The notes under the pieces: model-generated
What the model saw: only the letters and a program-made list of their open reading frames with translations
The model's database searches: none
What the model was told of the DNA's origin: nothing
Assembly (NCBI GenBank): GCA_976226885.1
Contig: OZ320316.1
Location: forward strand, 81,096,001-81,129,000
DNA length: 33,000 nucleotides
From: Iphione sp. A-MEVVRFRX5
Lineage: Eukaryota
Direction of reading: 5' to 3'
Shown here: piece by piece, positions 1 to 12,108 of the stretch
How the letters are laid out: every line of letters starts with the position of its first letter
Numbering within the stretch: the stretch's first letter is position 1
Made by a program: the position numbers and the translations under genes

Positions 1-339
1 ATAAGTGTAACATATGTTTCCTTTATTTCATGGAACATTATTTATGGTAGATGTAATATATATAAGAAGCTGTGAATTAGCTTCTTTTGTCTTTGATGTG
101 TATTTAAAAGATTATCAGGTGTGCCTATTAAAGCAAATTAAGAAAACGCTACAAAATCTTCTGCAAAATCATAAACCTGAATACTTCACCAAGATTTCTA
201 CCTAGTAGGTAGGTGTTATTTTTGGTTATTCTTTTCTTTTTGTGTCAATTCATACTAACAGCAACAAACATATACATGTACAGCAATATCATTTCTACTA
301 CATGTAGTTAGCTTTTTAAGAAGCTTATACCAAAAGAAA

Positions 340-494
340 GCCATTAACCCAAGGAACACAATCATGTATAGTATAAATCTCTAGTTTTCATTTTGGAGAT
401 ATTCACAAAACAAGAAAAATTAAAAAGTTGCAATTGCCCAAATTTGAGGGTCAGTCAGGCTACCACAATAGACAGATATTTCTGTCATGGCCCT
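340..494 (+). mobile_element. Right end of a non-autonomous DNA transposon (MITE), Zator-like GGCC terminus
   Basis: ATTAACCCAAGGAACACAATCATGTATAGTATAAATCTC (~343-381) aligns with AGTAACCTAAGGAACATAATGGTGTTTTGTATGAATCTC (~6424-6462). It ends GAGGGTCAGTCAGGCTACC...GATATTT...TGGCCCTT, similar to the ends at 6572 and 17801. Left boundary unknown; superfamily is inference. Confidence 0.5.
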
Positions 495-518
495 TCTAAA
501 GGGATATGTAGAATATAA

Positions 519-798
519 CTGACCCATCATGGCAAAATGAGCCAGACATAAAAAAAAATCTAATTTTACACATTTCATTGAAAAATGCTATTGTTTAACT
601 TTCTAATGAGGTATAGGATATCTTCCTACCATATTTAGGCAAAATATCGTGATGTGACAAATTTATATAGTATTGAGTAAACCGCAAATGAGAAACTGAG
701 ATGTTGGCCTTTGAAGTTTTGGTAGGTGCAAATTGTCCTTGTTAATGATGCCCAAGCCTTCCCCTGGTAACACAGGGACATTGATCAGATGGTGTCAC
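519..798. mobile_element. Possible short non-autonomous Sola-like element, or the distal end of the element ending at 2984
   Basis: Starts (C)TGACCCATCATGGCAAAATGAGCCAGA and ends CAGATGGTGTCAC (reverse complement GTGACACCATCTG). The start is also an imperfect inverted match to 2955-2984. Confidence 0.35.
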
Positions 799-982
799 GT
801 TTGGCTCTCTGCGAGTGGGGCCCAAATCCCTGGTTTGAAACATAGTGGATGGATCCTCCCCTTAGGCAATGGGTGTTTACTGTGTTTTTCGCGTACGTGT
901 CTCTGAAGAGCAGATTTGTAGGTGCAGGATTTGGGGCAGAGGTAGCATTTATAGCTGTTGAGGAGCTGTCATGGCATTTGGC

Positions 983-1039
983 AAGGTGTAAATGGAGTGC
1001 CCACCAAGGTGTAAGGTGTAAATGGAGTGCCCACCAAGG
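983..1039. repeat. 30-bp tandem duplication (~1.9 copies)
   Basis: AAGGTGTAAATGGAGTGCCCACCAAGG occurs identically at 983 and 1013. Confidence 0.95.
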
Positions 1040-1227
1040 CCACAAGGTAGACAGGGGACATGAAAGCTGGTTCTGAGGTAGCCATCATGCATAGCGTCAA
1101 GTCTGCAACAACAAAAAATGGTTCTTTACTTATGGTTTTTGGTTTTTGGCAACCGATGTACAACAGTTTGTGGTTCAATGTTGTATCTAGGTTGGTAATC
1201 AAGCAGTTTTACACAACTTTGAACAGT

Positions 1228-1903
1228 TCACTCATGGATGTTAAGGCCAAACGGTCTGTATGTTTGTAACAATGCTAATAACCCTTCTTCCAGTCGAAGG
1301 CGGTCATTCAGACTGTGCGCGTTGTTGTCTAGACATGTTGCAGTGACTTCATCAATGTTGCATTGTTTATTTAAGTGTAGAGCTACTGGCTTAACTTCGT
1401 GGTAGTTTCGAATGTCGTTTAGATGTAGTAAATGGTTGTGCAAACTGTTGCTTGTTTGGCTGATGTATTTCTTCTGGCAATGGTTGCTGCGATCATATAG
1501 ATTGTGTTTGTTGTTCAGCAGTTGAGTTTTCTAACAGTTTGAAACTGTTGTGTGTCATCACTGTTCGAAACGGTCAAGCCAGGGATCACTCACGGACATG
1601 TCATACAGTGGGCCGCATCTTTGCATTCCTGGTTTGTGATTGGGTTTAGGGTATGTGGAATTGGTCAACATCTCTTTTAGATTTCTGTTCCATCTGTATA
1701 CCACTATGACGCTTTGTTGTGGTAGTTTTTCATTCCCTGGAAACTGATGTAGGATCTGTAGAGCACCCTTGAGACTGTCATTGAGGCACTTGTGTGTAGG
1801 ACCATGGTAAGTGGTGATGTAGGGAATTTTAGGCTCATTGTTCGGTGGATTTTCGATCAGTAGAGTGTCGCGGCAGATATTTCTGACCTGTCTGTATGTG
1901 CTG
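1228..1903 (-). pseudogene. Disrupted C-terminal part of the Penelope ORF (GIY-YIG endonuclease)
   Basis: Same translation as the element above, with at least two frameshifts and two in-frame stops. Track ORF 1228..1443 is its last segment. Confidence 0.88.
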
Positions 1904-2106
1904 AACAGAACTGTTCACCTGGTCAGTTTCCCATAGAGTAAAAATTCTAAAATGGCCCTAAATACAAATGCAATGGTAAAAACCTATTCTAACATGTTCA
2001 CAAGATACTTTGGAATTTCCAAGGGGATTGACAACTACAGAGACAATATTTTTTCTTAGATTATTTGGAGTGACTGAAAGTCATCATTAAGGTGGATTAA
2101 AAAACC

Positions 2107-2984
2107 TTAGCTGAAGTTTTCACAGCACATCCACTTGTCTTTCAGGATCTCCTCTGTAGGATTGGTGACTACCAGTGGATCATCAACCTCCACTAAAGGT
2201 TCTTCCTCTTCTTCAAATTGTTCTTTCACCTCCTCAACATCCTCCTCCTCTGCCATGCCCTCCTCCACCTCTTCCTCATAGAGAAAGTACTCATTGATGA
2301 GATTCTGCCATTATGCCTCTGCAGCCACACCATGTAAATTGGTGCAAATGATGTTGTTTAAAGCATCTGCCAAGACTATAGCACAATCTGTGGCCATGCC
2401 TGGTTGTTGGCAGATGCTTCTGCATCTAAATGCTACATTATTTTCATCTCTATTAATTTTTATCCACCTCTAGAGCAGAGACCCACATCTGCTCACAGCA
2501 AAGCCAGACATTTAAACTGATCCAAACAAATACAAGCAGGAGGCTCTCAATGAATCAGTGCACTGCATTCACTAGACATGACCCATATGGCAATGACTGT
2601 TTACATGACAACTCTCTTGAAAATACCTCATCATTGGTCCAAAAGAATACACTTTCAAAATCTGAAGCCATCATTGGCTAGAAAACTTTGTGGCCTTTCA
2701 GCAGGCACCCACAAAGTGGGGCTGGGATGATTGGAGGACCACAAGACAAGCTGCTGAAGTTTGAAAAAATAGCCCCAGGCGAGTGTCCACCAACTTCTGA
2801 GCCATATTGTAGGCACTATATTCATTGTGGGAGTCCTATATTTACAGAGAATAAATTTCAGATACAACAGACATAAAAACAATCCAAAACCCATTTTGCA
2901 TATTTGGAACGACTTCCGACTTGGAGGCCCATATGTCAGTTGTAGCCCCTGCAATTTCTGACTCATTTCACTGGAATGGGTCAC
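2107..2984 (-). mobile_element. 5' part of a Sola-like (probably Sola2) DNA transposon with an N-terminal ORF remnant
   Basis: The minus strand begins ATAT|GTGACCCATTCCAGTGAAATGAGTCAGA at 2984. Frame 2397->2107 reads MATDCAIVLADALNNIICTNLHGVAAEA*WQNLINEYFLYEEEVEEGMAEEEDVEEVKEQFEEEEEPLVEVDDPLVVTNPTEEILKDKWMCCENFS*. No DDD catalytic core is visible; the family call rests on recalled terminus and N-terminal patterns. Confidence 0.4.
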
Positions 2985-5900
2985 ATATAATCTTATGATC
3001 TCTCCAGGGCAAACTTCAAAATAGTGTTGTTTTACTCAAAAAAGAATTAAAGTAATTATAATGACACGTTTAAAAATGAAATGACCTCTATAATCTGATG
3101 TTCATGCTTACAAATTATTTCATTGAATATTTTGTTAGTTCCACTTTACAATTAACAATTGGCACAAATCATGATACATCACATTGAATGAGTAAATTTG
3201 TTTTTTTTCTAGCGTATAAGGATATCATAAGACTGAACAATTTTTCCAACACGCAGACTAGGTGTTCATTGTTAAGAGTTTGTTGTGCCCCAATAATTTG
3301 ATGCAATTGCTTCTCAGTGGGACTTCCGTTGAAAATTAGTTGTCACTTATCACCGTTCCATACTGAGAATATGTCACTGTGATCTGGTTTCGTATATGTC
3401 TTATCTTAATAGTATATCAGTGTTTTGATACATGTATTTCTAGAGATGGAGATAATCTGATTCCTTGTAGTGTCTTCCCCAGTTGGATCAAACCTGTCTT
3501 TGCAGCATGTCCGGGGTGTCAAATGTGAAATGAAGTCCATATAATTATACCTCCATATTCGTGTTATCGCCATGCAGGGAAAACAGAGAGCACTATAATT
3601 ATTGTTTTTTCTCTTAGAAGACGTCGGTTAAATTTTACACTTATATTGCGATTAAAAATAAAAACAATTATAATAGTTTTGATGATAAATGCTGTTCCAT
3701 CTATATTTCACAGTGTTACATCTTAGCTACATATAAGGGTTCAATAAAATATCACACAAAAGTGTGTACTTGAGAAAGCTGCACGTTTCGATTCCATTAG
3801 GGCACCTTATGACAAAACGTTAAACTATTCAATTAAAACTTTCACCACCAATCGTAATCATGTGCACCCATGCGGTGTTTTTACACCTAGGCGTGTCCAT
3901 TCAACTAGGTCATCGTCTCCGTTTACTTTGATTCTCCGTGTTGGGTGTGCCTTGAGGGTGTTATTATCTCTTCCGTCCTGTGTAAAAACGTACCTAACAA
4001 AGAACGATGTAAACACATAGTGAAACCATTAGTAGGATTGGGCCAAATTTTTAACACATTATATGCAAATCTTCATGGAACAATAGTCCCCTTTTCCTTC
4101 TCGGGCAGTGCTGAATACTAAAAAACAAGCCAAGAGATCACTGTTTGAGGCGGTGAAAACCTTTCGACGGATGTGATGACTTGTCATGACACAGAAAGAA
4201 AAGTTTAAATAGATGTCAGGCAAGGATTGTCAGTGTTTACACGAAGGACAGTGCATTTCTATAAATGTTCGGTCAACAATTTAGGAACACCTAAATGAAA
4301 GTGTACAGACTAAATAGAATAGCTTCACACAATCGCCTTTCCTTCATTGCAAAAACTACAAGAAAACACGCATAACTAAGGTACAAGATTGTGACTGATG
4401 AGTCTTGTTTGACATGCACCTGCGGGAACTGGTCGTTTGGCCGCATAGCCGAATGATTGTATGCATGTTTAAGTCAGAACATCCCCAGATCACTCCATTT
4501 ACAAATTGCAGATGAAATCTAAACGGTACCTTGCTGCAAGTGTACAAATTGCCTTGGCTCAAATGACATTAAACAGTAAATTTCACAAGATGATAATAAG
4601 CAACATGTCATTAACGCTAATGTTATGGCCCATTAGAACATAGTGTCTTGCATGGGTAGGTGATTTAATTGTGTTTACCTTGTCAGGACAAAGATATCCT
4701 TTAGGTGGCCATGATGTTATATTCACCTCTGTCTGTAGTTTTTAAAAAATCATATTGCTCATGTGTTGAAAGAGCTAAAAGTAATATTACCGTCGTCTAT
4801 TTCATTCGTAGTGTCGGGTCTAAATGCAGGTTTGTTTGTTGTCTCATAGAATTGTACGTGTTCTGTGAAAATGAAGTTGAGAAAGGGATACAAGATTCCA
4901 TTTGTGTTGTTTGAAGTGGTACAGAGCCCCGAGGCTACCCAGAGACAGTTGTTCTTCTGTAGTTAAATGCAATAAATATCAGTCACAGCTCTAATACACT
5001 GGCAACACTTCTAATTGAATCTACACGAAGCGGTTAGAGGAAAAGGTCAACGGTTTCTCACCAGCAGTCGAGGAACAAATGGTTCAATGAATTTCCAACA
5101 GATCTGACACAGATGAATTTACGTATTTTCCTGCGATTGACGTTAACAGGCTATTCCATAAAGCCAGACAGAATATGAATTTGTTGTTAGTTTGACTGAT
5201 TCATGCTTTATTGATATGTTTATAATTTTACGGGGGTATCCAGATGGACAATATGAACAATTGTAAAGATGAAAACCGTGAAGGCAATACGTAACACCAG
5301 CAATAGACATTATTAGTAAATATGATATGTCTATGTTTTAAGAAATTCAGATAAAGAATGCAGAGATTGTGACGTTTTACTAAATAAAAACAAACCGAGG
5401 CAGCTAACCACGCCCGAATAGACCATCCCTCTTTGCCCTTTCCTGAGATGAACGTATTTCAAAGCATTTAAACGTCTCATCTTTGAGTTAAAGTTTTATC
5501 CATTAAAAATGAAATTTTCCAGCTAGGCGGCCAGGCAATTGATTGCGTTGAACTGAAAGCGATCATAACGATATTTGATTTGTAGCAACAATTGCTTTAT
5601 TATCTAAGATGATTCGCCATACTAACTGCATATCCGAAACACGAGGGAGCTCGCCAATAACATTTCCTGTATGTATTCATTGTGTATTAACGTGCTTACC
5701 ATTGTATCTGCTTTGTAGTCATAGCCAGTGCTTAATGATGATTATCCCCCCCCCAAAAAAAAAAGAAATACACCCACAAAGGCTTATATTCCATGTTCAG
5801 AACTGCTATGGCATTGAGGAGATGAGATCCCACCGCAACATGTCCCTATTATATTTAACTCAAGGTTGAGGCATCTAGTCAAAATTATTGACGGAAGCAA

Positions 5901-6257
5901 AACAGACAATACCGTGTACAATATACAATGTTTTCATGGAGCCAATGTAAACAATATTTTTTAAAAACACCTTAATGATGATTTGTATTTGTACAACCGC
6001 GTGTTCATTTGGGGAGGCGTCGGTGATTTAGAAAAGAAATTACCTCCTCCCATCAATACCATTCTACCAAACGATGGGGACAACGATGCCCTTTTCTCTA
6101 GTTCTCTGTAGTCCTGTAGTTAGCTTTGCACAACTTTAGGTATAGTGAACTGTTTCATACCCCAAAACTCATATGGGCACTTATCACAACAGTTAGATTT
6201 GATCAAATCAATGAATGGACAGTATACTAAATGTCATCCTGAGATATAAAAGAGCTT

Positions 6258-6572
6258 TAGCCCCCCCCCCGTTTTTCCGGTAGCATGTACCCAAAATGAA
6301 GGGTCGGTAGGTCTGTGGTTTTTAAAAAAAATGGGGGGTCAATGGATCCTGAAAACAACAATTTATACGGTAATTTCACTTTAAATGCTTAGATTTTAAT
6401 GATACTTACAACAAATGAAAATTAGTAACCTAAGGAACATAATGGTGTTTTGTATGAATCTCATATCATATATATATGTATATTAAGAACGCAAGAAAAA
6501 AATGAAATCTTCCAGTAGGACAAAAATCAACGTCGGTTGGGTGACTGGAAACAAGATTTTTATTAGGCATTA
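6258..6572 (+). mobile_element. MITE, Zator-like group
   Basis: Imperfect subterminal inverted match TTTCCGGTAGC (~6274-6284) / GTGACTGGAAAC (6541-6552). Ends ...TTTTTATTAGGCATTA; the interior is homologous to 340-494. Confidence 0.55.
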
Positions 6573-6840
6573 TCAGGGCCATAACCAGAATGACTAAACT
6601 AATAATTAGATTGAAAGCCTTTCACAGCATAAGATCACCATAGACAGAACACCCTGTCTGTGTGTATTAAGGAGTGCGTTAGACAGCGTTCTTCCGTAAA
6701 AATATACATGGGCTACACACACACACAAGGAACATCGCAATTTTTGGCAGAGCCTACTGTTAAGTCAAGTGAGAGAAATGTTTGACTTCCTACAACCTAC
6801 TCTATAATTAACCCCATTTTCCTATCGCCTAATAGGATAC

Positions 6841-6920
6841 ATGGTTTGTGAGCATAACCAATATCCTATCCTATGCACTACATATTACATTTATATGGTT
6901 TGTTCGCATAACCAATATCC
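6841..6920. repeat. 26-bp direct repeat at 54-bp spacing
   Basis: ATGGTTTGTGAGCATAACCAATATCC (6841) versus ATGGTTTGTTCGCATAACCAATATCC (6895). Confidence 0.85.
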
Positions 6921-7299
6921 GTTACCATGGTGTATCATTACCCCCGGTATAGACGAGAGCCTCTCTCTATACTTATGCTTATCTCACTCTTTATTTACGT
7001 TCCTGCAGGATATTATCCATCAGTAACATGGTATAATTATATGCATACATCAGTTGCTCTTTGTTTCCTATGACCCTATCAACCCCTCTGTGGTTTATGT
7101 ACAAACCAGTCTGGTACAATGTACAATTACTCAGAAACTGTAATTTAATTGAAGTGAGAACTAGGGAATATAATTCCAATACCAGCTATGCAACTCATCA
7201 TTACGGATATAGAATACTTTACTACCGAATATATGCATACACATATACAGCTTATATTGACCAATGCCCTAGTACGAAACTGCATCACTGCTTTCTGGA

Positions 7300-8610
7300 T
7301 AAACTAGCTCCTACATGTCCTTCGTAGGAATATTACTGGAACGTACATCACTATAGCATTCTGGCAATTCAGAAGACATTGCTATATACTGCATGATATC
7401 CTCCAGATCAATGGTTATATGTTAGTACGATATAACTATCCTGTATTCCAAATAACCAGAATAGGCGAAAACCTGGGGGTGGACTGGTTATCTATGCTAG
7501 TGAGGAATTCAAAATTGACTCATTATACCATCATTTGAATAAATCAAACCATGATATTGAAATACAATGTATTATTTTGAGCTTGGTGGCTAAAAATATC
7601 ATACCATAAATATATAAATAGAGACCTCCCAATGGCTCTACCACTAACTTTCTAACATGTCTTTCCTGTACCATTTCACAATTAAATCTCAATTGAGATA
7701 TTACTAGGTGATGTTCACTAACAAAAGATAGCGGTGAAGAAAAATTGGTCTTATTATTCACGAACTGTGCTATAAAAACCACATAAATAAACCAACATAG
7801 AATCGAAAACACCTCCTTTTCGCTTATTGATATAATAGCCTGGCACTAACATTTAAGTTATAGGATGGAACATTTCCGATCATGTAGTCACATTCATTGT
7901 AAAAAGCATAGATCATCCTTATCCAGTATATCACCGTCCACTTTTAAACCTCATAGGAACTGAAACTGTGGATAATATGAAGAAAGATGTAGCTTCCATG
8001 GAATGGTACAGCTTATACAACTCCGAATCCGTTGACGATTGCTGGGATGCCTATATACCCACCTTGCTTGCAATAGCTGATAGGTACTATAGATGTATAT
8101 AGGACATGTAGAAGGAATTCCCCGTAAATGCCCAAATCACTATTAACGCTAATGAGACTGTACAAGTGGTATTATGAGAAACACACCTCGAACATTTATT
8201 AATATTTAGGATACGTTGTGAGCTCCACCTTAAAAGGGTCAAGGAATTCTACTTTAACAGCTAACTTACAGCAAATAAGCATAATACGAAACAATACTGG
8301 TCCATAATTAGCAAAATAATGGGTCGAAATGATTAAGCAACATAGCATATCACAGTCACTAAGGACATCTCAACCTATAGTTATATACATGTGCTGCCAA
8401 CAACTTTAACAGTTACTTCACAGGTATAACAAAAGTAGCGTATGGCAAGTTATCTTGATGTCATTTCGAAAAAATCCACTTATGACATGAATGACACCAT
8501 GGCTTCATTTGACTTGCAACCTTGTAGGACAGGTGAATTGATCCCTATGATAAAGGAAAGTGATATGAATAATGCTTCAAACATCAAGGATTTGAATGTA
8601 AAATAAATTC
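7300..8610 (+). mobile_element. Decayed LINE (CR1/L2 group) ORF2 fragment: APE endonuclease plus linker, RT missing
   Basis: Ordered motifs across frameshifts: INGYMLVR; RKPGGGLVIY (7475); HDIEIQCI; RPPNG (7622); ILLGD; INKPT/SLIDII; ISDH (7875); MEWYSLYNSESVDDCWDAY...IADRY; NKHNTKQYWSII; AANNFNSYFTGI. Confidence 0.88.
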
Positions 8611-10200
8611 ACTCATGAACCAGCTTTCTGTGTCCCCATCCAGAGATGCCATAAGGAGGAGCATCATAGTTGTCACAGATCATTTACAAAAACATTATCA
8701 TCAAAAGTAACATACCCATATTTTTCTAGGTCATGGAAATGCATAGAGGTATAATGCTGTCTTCTAGTGTTGGATCAGTTAAAATAGCTTTTTTGAAGTC
8801 ATTACGATTGAGAACGTTCATAACGAAAGGGAATGTTTAGGACAAGATACATTCACGACCATGCAGTCTCATTTTAAATCCCTCATATTCCTCCATTAAA
8901 GATGTCGTTGTCAACACCTGCCAGAAATCATTACGGATCAGATGCGGTGTACATTCAAAATGTGCGGCTGATAAACTCCGACGGATCACATAGGTTATGG
9001 GAGCGCAACTATAGACCGGCGTTCCTTTAAGAAATTAAAGAATTTGGAATTCAATGAAGTTAAAGAAATACGTATCTAGACGTTATTGTGAAGCATCGCG
9101 TTTTTAGGCAAAGCCGTTTGTAAGGCAATGCAGGCTCTGCAACATCGCCATGCAGACATCACGGTCATGCTTGCTAAACTGCATTTTATCTCTTCTATAT
9201 ATACAGACATTCATATTAGTTCCCACGATACCTTGATTAGCACCTCAGATCTAGTAGATAAAAGGTCATGTTCAGCTTACAATTAATTAAATGATTGTAG
9301 ATTGATCCAGTTATACGTTCGGATTCTTGTTAGCATTGATAACCAAATGTTGACGATGTTTAAATAATACACACTGCCACAGCATGTTGGCGCAGATACC
9401 CATAGAACTATCTAAAACATGTCGTTGAGACCCTTTTTTTGCAGCTTTTACCTACTTAAGTGAAAGCAGTCTCCGACCTGGAACGCAGTCTTCCCCACCA
9501 ATGAGACATCCTTCCTTGAATGAGTACTTGGCAGACTCCTACATTGAGGACTTCTGCCTGTAAAACACATCTTTTCAATCCTTTTTCCGTGACAGTTTAC
9601 CCATGCATCGTCAGCAGGTACTCAGGTGTTGAACGACAGGAACTAATTACCAGACCGATAACCCACTATCCTCGGGCGTCTCACGAATTTCTCCTTTTTA
9701 TGTCGTATAAGAGACTGTATTGTATATTCAGAATTAGGTGTTCTCCTCTCTAAAATTTCACTCAATGGACACATCTGTCAACAGCATCCTGTGCGTTATA
9801 TTAATGGAAACGCACGTCACCACTTTTAGAGAGGGACTCGTATCCTTTGTACAGTAATCAAACAAATGAAAATTTGTAATTTTTTTATACCGCCACACAC
9901 TTGCTTTTCTCTTTAGGATCCTTTCAAAATGTTTTTATGAGCGGGCCATCTCTTCCGCTGTCACCTGTCGCTCGAGTACGTTGTACTCAAGAGCACATTT
10001 CAGTGTCAGATTAGGTCTATTCAAAGTTTCTGTCAGGAAAGACATTTACTGACAACATTGTTCGCAGTGCATCGGGCTTGGCAATTCAAAAGCCTACATC
10101 TGCTGAAGAGAAGTACAAGTCCCAAAAGTTTCAGTGACAATTTTGTGGTAACTGCAGATAATATCAGCCTTCTTGATGATATCAAAGGTGTGCCCACCAT

Positions 10201-10548
10201 CTTTCATTTCATTTCATTGTATCTTTAACCAGGAACTAGATATTCTCTATCACATGACAGAGCTCTTACATATCCTCCTGGGGTAGCATACTACCATCTA
10301 TTGTTTAGAATTGAGAGACCAGAATACCCGGGGTTGCCCCCTACTCTTATTTCGAATAGGTTTCTGGGGTCTTTTTGTGCATAGGGGACAGAATCCTATA
10401 CACCCACGGCCTTTTTACGAGTTGTGGACCACTCAGGGTTGGGGCTACAGTAAATCTGTCTAGTCGTGATCAAAAGTCCCAAGCCCGGGATTGAACCTGC
10501 GACCTTCCAATCAGTGGACCAGTGCTCTACCACTGAGCTAACTCCCCA
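10201..10548 (-). mobile_element. Full-length tRNA-derived SINE with a Deu/Nin-like central domain
   Basis: Minus strand: head GGGGAGTTAGCTCAGTGGTAGAGCAC (A box 10530-10540), B box GGTTCAATCCC (10487-10497), core GCACAAAAAGACCCCAGAAACCTATTCGAAATAAGAGTAGGGGGCAACCCCGGGT, tail ATGAAATGAAATGAAA. Flanks CCCACCATCT (10193-10202) and CCCACCCATCT (10545-10555) look like a TSD. Confidence 0.88.
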
Positions 10549-10899
10549 CCCATCTCTAGAGAAATCTGTTGTTTTGAATGTAGTATTTCAGTGTTAACCC
10601 CGGTGCGACCGCGCAAATTCTGTAATGGTGTGTTCCTGAGCATGTATACAACAAAAATCTTTAAGGGAAATCTGTAATTTTTCTCTTCGAGAAGTCAGAA
10701 TTACATCGGCATATGCCCCTGTGTGGATAGTAACGTTAAAAAGTTAAATCTAATAATGCTTTTTTCATGAACGGAGACATAGATATCGAATTCGAGCTGA
10801 TCTATGCGCCTAGGCAGTTTCCAAAACCTTCTTTTCATCTTAATACAAGAGACTCATTCCCTACAATGAATATGTACAGGACTTTACAATGTATGTGAG

Positions 10900-11950
10900 T
10901 ATATCCATATTTGAAATATTCTTTGGCTTTTTTGGGCCATATCATTCTTCCATGTTTTACATTCCTAGGAGTATGTGAGACTTTATTTGAAACATTTGTT
11001 TTGCATATTCTAAATAGCACACTATATTACTTCTTATCGGTTTGCTTCACTACGTGTGAAACATTATGTATGTTATTTGTTTATTGGAACATAACACAGG
11101 CACTCATCTTGTACACGTCTATTAGTCTGTAGCTGTAAGACCGAGGGAGGACCCTTATCAACCTTGGTATCAGTTCATATTGTTCGACGGCTGGCAGCAA
11201 TATTTGACATCTTCAATTGCTATCTTTTCTTTTGCTATTTCGGGTTCCCTAATCCAATGAGGGAGACGGTACTGTGATCCTCTTATCATCTGACCATCCA
11301 TCCAGATTTTTGGGACATAACATCTCCAGTTCTACCCAGTGTAGACTCATGCAAAATGCTTTAGTACTATGTTTAGGGTTATACTAACTTTCTCTTTGAT
11401 TTGTGTACAGAAAATCTCTATTTCTACTCAACATAGAAACTTGAAGTCTTCAGAATATACCAGTACATAATGACCTCTTGACCAAGTTCTATTTTGGATA
11501 ATATTGAGTAGATTATACCTTTTAGATACTAGGGGCTACAGAGCAAACGCCCTGGATCGCATGGCCTGTCTGTCCACATGCAATCTTATCAACCTGTGAA
11601 TATGGAACAACAGATGGCTCCTATCGACCCTTCCGCGTAGATTCTGATGGCAGTTCCTCTGAAGAAATTGCATTAAATATGTTTTAATCTTTCTCTCTAT
11701 TAAACCTTCATGTACGGTTGTCTTCGTCCTTTGAAGAGATCATACTCATCCGTACAACTTGGCTATGCATTATTGTTCTTTTCTAATACTGTGAGTCGAA
11801 TGGCAATTGATGTGAGCAACTCTATTTGTTGCATACCTACATCAGCTTTTTTCGGCATCGAGATTCGTTTCGCTGGCAGTTCGGTTGATATTCTGCCAAA
11901 TTGTAGGTATGCTTGGTCCCAGTGAATGGTGAATTTCAAGTCTCATTCCA
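10900..11950 (-). mobile_element. Possible highly decayed LINE ORF1-like remnant
   Basis: Minus-strand fragments in a plausible ORF1 order: coiled-coil-like QQIELLTSIAIRLTVLEKN, NFFRG/LPSE, LHVDR, VPKIWMDGQ. Many stops; weak. Confidence 0.2.
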
Positions 11951-12108
11951 TATATAAGGGTGGTTTTGGGGGATGTTATGTGTTGTTGAGGTTTTCGACA
12001 AGACTTTGACAGATTCTGAAACGTGACAGTGTGCCATCAGGGTCCGACAGTGGTATCACACCGTACTGCTTTATTGCTTTGTTTTATTGTTTTTATGGAT
12101 ACCACTAA

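Larger units (their letters stand above)
800..1905 (-). mobile_element. 5'-truncated Penelope-like retroelement (Neptune-type): linker, GIY-YIG endonuclease and 3' region
   Basis: Minus-strand translation: RDTLL...KIPYITTYH...VVYRWNRNLKEML...KPGMQRCG/CMTCP...KLNC*TTNTIYMI/NHCQKKYISQT...HLNDIR...PVALHLN...RLRLEE...LQTYRPFGLN. This is the canonical PLE thumb/linker, Cys-rich motif and GIY-YIG domain ending P-x-GLN. The 3' boundary is approximate. Confidence 0.9.

Noticed and set aside
4394-4420. Hammerhead candidate CTGATGA-GTC-TTGTTT-GAC
   Set aside because: The required GAAA box after stem II is absent.
8620-9000. Gypsy RT/RNase H remnant on the minus strand (FKKAILTDPTL, DAPPYGI)
   Set aside because: Only two short motif resemblances with inconsistent spacing; not supportable without an alignment.
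9450-9580. Minus-strand exon candidate, or an L2 3' end (KTHLF) on the + strand
   Set aside because: Two incompatible weak readings, neither with corroborating evidence.
10478-10548. tRNA gene
   Set aside because: It has A/B boxes but no proper acceptor or anticodon stems, and it continues into a SINE body and tail.
10594-10738. piggyBac-like MITE between TTAA sites
   Set aside because: The left end TTAACCC is present, but the right end lacks GGG-TTAA and there is no TIR.
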